Source: Oceanispirochaeta sp. (GTDB lineage Bacteria > Spirochaetota > Spirochaetia > DSM-2461). From it: a DNA stretch of 64,000 nt. The first letter of the stretch is position 1. Each line of letters opens with the position of its first letter. A model generated the notes under the pieces. The model ran no database searches, had not been told where the DNA came from, and worked only from the letters and a program-made list of their open reading frames with translations. Position numbers and translations under genes: made by a program. The stretch lies in NCBI GenBank assembly GCA_963666275.2, contig CAXXOA010000003.1, positions 96,001 through 160,000 of the forward strand, written 5' to 3'. Shown one piece after another: positions 60,520 to 64,000 of this stretch.

Positions 60520-62367
60520 TTAAATCCGGCTGTTTTCTAATGTGTTGATCGGGAGTAATATGGTAACCAGACATCCCCCATCAGGGTTGTTGGATAAAGT
60601 AATATTTCCCTTGTATTTGGAAATTATGGAGTGACAAATCGAGAGACCAAGACCGGATATTTCATTATTCTGCTTGGTTGAATAGAATGGTACGAACAAA
60701 TCTTTATCCTTGGGAATGCCAATGCCTGTATCTTTAAAATAGATGCAGAAATTCTTACGTTCACCTGCAAAAAAAATCGCTGTTTCTATAATGATCTTCC
60801 CTCCTTCAGGCATTGCTTCCAGACTGTTTTTAAATAGATTGAGCAAGACCTGTTTCATTTCATTTTTATTGATGGAAATTTCAATGTCAGAACATTTTTT
60901 TTCAAAAATAACTTTTACATTATTTATTTTTGCATTGTAGTTTATTAAATCAATTACTTCCTGAATATGATAATTAATATTAATCTCTTCCCAGGCGTGC
61001 CGCTCTGTTCCGAGTTCCTGCAAATCGCTGACAATGTGAGTAATATAATCCAGTTCTTTCTGAATTTTATCAGTAATGTTCTGCATTTCCTTAGAGCTGT
61101 ACTTAAATCGTAAATTGGTTAAATAGCTATAAATTATTTCCAACGGGTTATTTATTTCGTGTGCAACGCTGGCCGCAACCAGACCGAGCGAGGCAAGCTT
61201 ATCTGAGATGATATCCTGTCTCTGAAGATTGCTGTATTCAGTAATATCTTCCAGAAGTACAATACTGCCCAGGAGGAATCCTTCATCTTTCACAGGGAAA
61301 ATCCGGATATTGAAAATCCCGGTTCTTCCATTTATTTCCATCTCGAAGTGAAAAAACTGTTCTTCCTGAAAGGTATTGATACTACGGATAATCGTATCAA
61401 TCTGAGTCTCATTCGTTCCCTGAAAAAAATCTGCTATCTGCCTGCCGATATATTCCGTCTGATCAAGATCGAAATTTCCTACACAGAACTGATTTATCAT
61501 CCGGATCGTTTTGAGGGTATCAATAATCACTAGATTGACAGGAAGATTGACAAGTATGGCCTCGTTGTATTTTATGAGTTCGTAAAATGCAGTGAAGTGA
61601 TTCTGGGATTCATCAAGATTGGCAATCTGGGTATAGGCCATTTTTATCAATTGAATTTTATCCACCTGCCCGATGGTATCGGAGAAAATATTCTGCCCGT
61701 CTCTTATGATTGTAATTCTATCTGCCAGTTCATGAAGACCATCCACTTTATGGGTTATGATAAGAATGGTACAACCTCTCCTCTTTAAATCAAAAATGAT
61801 ATCCAGGATCTTTGGCAGGGCAATTGAAGAGATATTTTCCAGGCTTTCATCCAGAATCAGAATGGTCGGAGTTTCCCTGATATTGACAAGGATTTCCAGA
61901 ACAGTTCTGTCTGATCTGTTTAAAGAGCCTGTCATTTGCCGGGGATCCAGATTAAACCCATATCCATCTAGGTACTCCTGAGCTTTTTCTATAAGCAATG
62001 CTTTATGTTTCCAGGAAAAAAAAGGCAGTTTTTTGTCAGTATAAAAGAGATTTTCAGCTATTGTGAAATAGGGATTCAGAGCTGAACTCTGATAGACCAT
62101 ATGCACCTTCTGCATCCTAGCTACCTGAAGCGATATGTAGTCGTAATTCTTTTTTAAGAGCCGTATATTTCCTGATTGAGGGCTGATATAACCGCTGATC
62201 AATTGTGCCAGACTTGATTTCCCTGCTCCATGTTCACCAAGTATGGCATGTATTTCTCCGGCATTCAGTTCCAGGTTGATATCATTCAGGACTTTCAGAG
62301 ATCCGAAGGATAAATTGACACTTGTCAGTATCAGAGTCGGTTCGTTATAAACAGCTGCTTCATTCAT
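60520..62367 (-). CDS. Fusion protein: sugar-ABC-type ATPase domain + PAS + histidine kinase (HisKA-HATPase)
   Basis: Walker A 'GEHGAGKS', Q-loop 'MVYQ', Walker B 'ILILDE', H-loop 'ITHK'. PAS 'LPVNLVIID...EDIT'. H-box 'VAHEINNPL', N-box 'QVLLNLFKNS', 'DTGIGI', 'PFYSTK', 'GLGLSI'. No TM segment. Confidence 0.9.
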   Translation of the reverse strand: MNEAAVYNEPTLILTSVNLSFGSLKVLNDINLELNAGEIHAILGEHGAGKSSLAQLISGYISPQSGNIRLLKKNYDYISLQVARMQKVHMVYQSSALNPYFTIAENLFYTDKKLPFFSWKHKALLIEKAQEYLDGYGFNLDPRQMTGSLNRSDRTVLEILVNIRETPTILILDESLENISSIALPKILDIIFDLKRRGCTILIITHKVDGLHELADRITIIRDGQNIFSDTIGQVDKIQLIKMAYTQIANLDESQNHFTAFYELIKYNEAILVNLPVNLVIIDTLKTIRMINQFCVGNFDLDQTEYIGRQIADFFQGTNETQIDTIIRSINTFQEEQFFHFEMEINGRTGIFNIRIFPVKDEGFLLGSIVLLEDITEYSNLQRQDIISDKLASLGLVAASVAHEINNPLEIIYSYLTNLRFKYSSKEMQNITDKIQKELDYITHIVSDLQELGTERHAWEEININYHIQEVIDLINYNAKINNVKVIFEKKCSDIEISINKNEMKQVLLNLFKNSLEAMPEGGKIIIETAIFFAGERKNFCIYFKDTGIGIPKDKDLFVPFYSTKQNNEISGLGLSICHSIISKYKGNITLSNNPDGGCLVTILLPINTLENSRI

Positions 62368-63698
62368 ATGGAGATCCCGTACTTTTTAATCTTCAGATAG
62401 AGTGTGTTACGGCTCATATTAAGAATCCTTGCTGATTCAGATTTGTTTTGTCCTGTGATGGTTAATGTTTTTTTTATCAGCTCCACTTCCTGCTGTTCAA
62501 CTAGACTGTAATTGTAATCACCAAACCCGTTGGATTCATAAAATCGTAAAGAAGGCGGCAGGTCAATCATTGTAATTGCATCTGATGTGCTTATAGTCGC
62601 ACCATAATTAATAACATTCTTTAATTCCCTGATGTTTCCGGGCCATGAATACTGTCGAAATAATGTATTCACTTCTGGAGAAATGGTTTTTTTCTTCTGG
62701 TTATTTTTTTGGGAGCAGTCCGTTAGAAAGTAATCCACCAGTGCAGGAAGATCCATTAAGCGCTCTCTCAAAGGCGGGATCCTCAGAACCGCAGTGTTTA
62801 ACCTGTAATAAAGATCCTGTCTGAAACGGCCTTTCATAATAAGCTCTTTCAGATCTTTATTGGTTGCTCCAATGAATCTGACATCTATTTTATAGGTTTT
62901 ATCTCCGCCAATTCTTCTCACTTCCTGATTCTGAAGAACCCGCAGTATTTTAACCTGGATTGTTTCAGGCATATCTCCCAGTTCATCCAGAAAGAGCGTT
63001 CCTTTGTCTGTCTGCTCGAAAATACCTTTAAAACAACTCGCCGCTCCAGTATAGGCCCCTTTTTCATGGCCAAACAACTCATTGTCTAAAAGAGATTCAG
63101 TAAAGGCTGCGCAATTTATCTTATTCAGTTTTTCCGCTATCCGGTTGGAATGACGGTAGATAAAATCCACCAGCAGCTCCTTGCCTGTACCATTCTCGCC
63201 CTGGATGAGTATGGGAAAATCCGTGGATGCCAGCTTCTTTGCTCTTATCAATGTTTCTGAAAATGCAGGATTCAGGGAAGAGATAGGAGGAAGTTCCTCT
63301 TTCAGTCTTTCTTTGAGTGATATGTTTTCCTTTTTCATCCTGGAGCTCTCGAAAGCTTTTTCCACCAGTTGAGAAAGGTAATCGAAGTTTAAGGGCTTTT
63401 TCAGGTAGTCATATGCCCCGATTTTCATCGCTGCCACGGCAGTTTCCACAGTGGCATAACCGGTAATCATTATGACAGGAATTTCTGAAAATTCATTCCG
63501 GATGTCTTTTAAAGTCTCTATCCCGTTATCTTTTCCCAGCATTATGTCCAGCAGTACAACATCGATTTCTGATGATCGGAGGGTTTCCAGGCATCTTTTT
63601 CTGGATTCCGAATAGACAAGATTATGTCCCATAAAGGCAAAATTCTCTTTCATTACAGAGAATAGGCCCTCTTTATCATCAACCAGTAGAATTACCAT
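62364..63698 (-). CDS. NtrC-family sigma-54-dependent response regulator (REC-AAA+-Fis HTH)
   Basis: 'LLVDD', 'LLDIML', 'ITGY', 'GENGTGKE', '[14 protein letters not shown]', 'WPGNIREL', C-terminal HTH. ATGA overlap with the kinase. Confidence 0.95.
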   Translation of the reverse strand: MVILLVDDKEGLFSVMKENFAFMGHNLVYSESRKRCLETLRSSEIDVVLLDIMLGKDNGIETLKDIRNEFSEIPVIMITGYATVETAVAAMKIGAYDYLKKPLNFDYLSQLVEKAFESSRMKKENISLKERLKEELPPISSLNPAFSETLIRAKKLASTDFPILIQGENGTGKELLVDFIYRHSNRIAEKLNKINCAAFTESLLDNELFGHEKGAYTGAASCFKGIFEQTDKGTLFLDELGDMPETIQVKILRVLQNQEVRRIGGDKTYKIDVRFIGATNKDLKELIMKGRFRQDLYYRLNTAVLRIPPLRERLMDLPALVDYFLTDCSQKNNQKKKTISPEVNTLFRQYSWPGNIRELKNVINYGATISTSDAITMIDLPPSLRFYESNGFGDYNYSLVEQQEVELIKKTLTITGQNKSESARILNMSRNTLYLKIKKYGISI

Positions 63699-63724
63699 AT
63701 AAGGTCCTTTGGAGGGGAATATTC

Positions 63725-63771
63725 TGTCCTAAATCAGGACAGTTTGGTGACACCTGTCCTGATTTAGGACA
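63725..63771. promoter_or_regulatory. Pair of palindromic enhancer (UAS) sites
   Basis: TGTCCTAAATCAGGACA (63725-63741) and its exact reverse complement TGTCCTGATTTAGGACA (63755-63771). TGT-N11-ACA form, 30-bp spacing. Confidence 0.85.
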
Positions 63772-63890
63772 ATTCATATGATAACATGAAACTTTTGAAT
63801 GGAAGAAAAAATTGCGATTAAATTTTCTTTGTCTTCTAAATATCTTCCATGTAAAGAATTAAGAATATTTCTCAATATGCGGGGTAAAAT

Positions 63891-63906
63891 TGGCACTTCC
63901 TTTGCA
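63891..63906 (+). promoter_or_regulatory. Sigma-54 (-24/-12) promoter
   Basis: TGGCAC-TTCCT-TTGCA, near-perfect consensus, 26 nt before the next ATG. Confidence 0.9.
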
Positions 63907-63932
63907 ATAATACCTGGCAAAGAGGATGATAT

Positions 63933-64000
63933 ATGAGTGTATTACTTGAAGCAAAGAATATAGGTAAATCCTTTCCTGGAGTCCGTGCTCTGAATGACGT
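63933..64000 (+). CDS. Start of a sugar ABC transporter ATP-binding protein (truncated by window end)
   Basis: GAGGA RBS then MSVLLEAKNIGKSFPGVRALND, a typical RbsA/MglA N-terminus. Confidence 0.8.
   Translation, partial: MSVLLEAKNIGKSFPGVRALND

Noticed and set aside
1..64000. CRISPR arrays, tRNA/rRNA genes, transposases, defence systems
   Set aside because: No regularly spaced repeats, RNA-gene signatures or matching protein motifs seen, and nearly all sequence is accounted for by other CDS.

Overview
64 kb of gene-dense bacterial chromosome, most likely from an anaerobic free-living spirochaete. This is an inference from Spirochaetales-style binding-protein N-termini ('TANGQGD', 'FAAGGQE'), several MCPs, PFL and D-LDH. 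About 55 CDS were found: c-di-GMP enzymes, three MCPs, two complete sugar/nucleoside ABC operons plus the start of a third, oxidative/sulfur-stress genes, K+/cation transport, metal-handling genes and fermentation genes. I saw no rRNA, tRNA, CRISPR array, IS element or prophage. Three systems stand out. (1) At 60.5-64 kb, a soluble histidine kinase whose input domain is a sugar-ABC-type ATPase (NBD-PAS-HisKA-HATPase) is paired with an NtrC-type regulator. It faces two palindromic enhancer sites and a near-consensus sigma-54 promoter in front of a sugar ABC ATPase gene, making it a candidate transporter-coupled sensing circuit. (2) At 34-41 kb, a Ni transporter, HypB and HypA bracket a large Cys-rich FAD/Fe-S oxidoreductase, with no hydrogenase or urease in the window, making it a candidate uncharacterised Ni-dependent enzyme. 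(3) At 7-9.8 kb, a NorR-like GAF activator is divergent from a sigma-54-driven dps-peroxiredoxin operon, with three candidate enhancer sites. All family calls come from motif recognition by eye; no searches were run.
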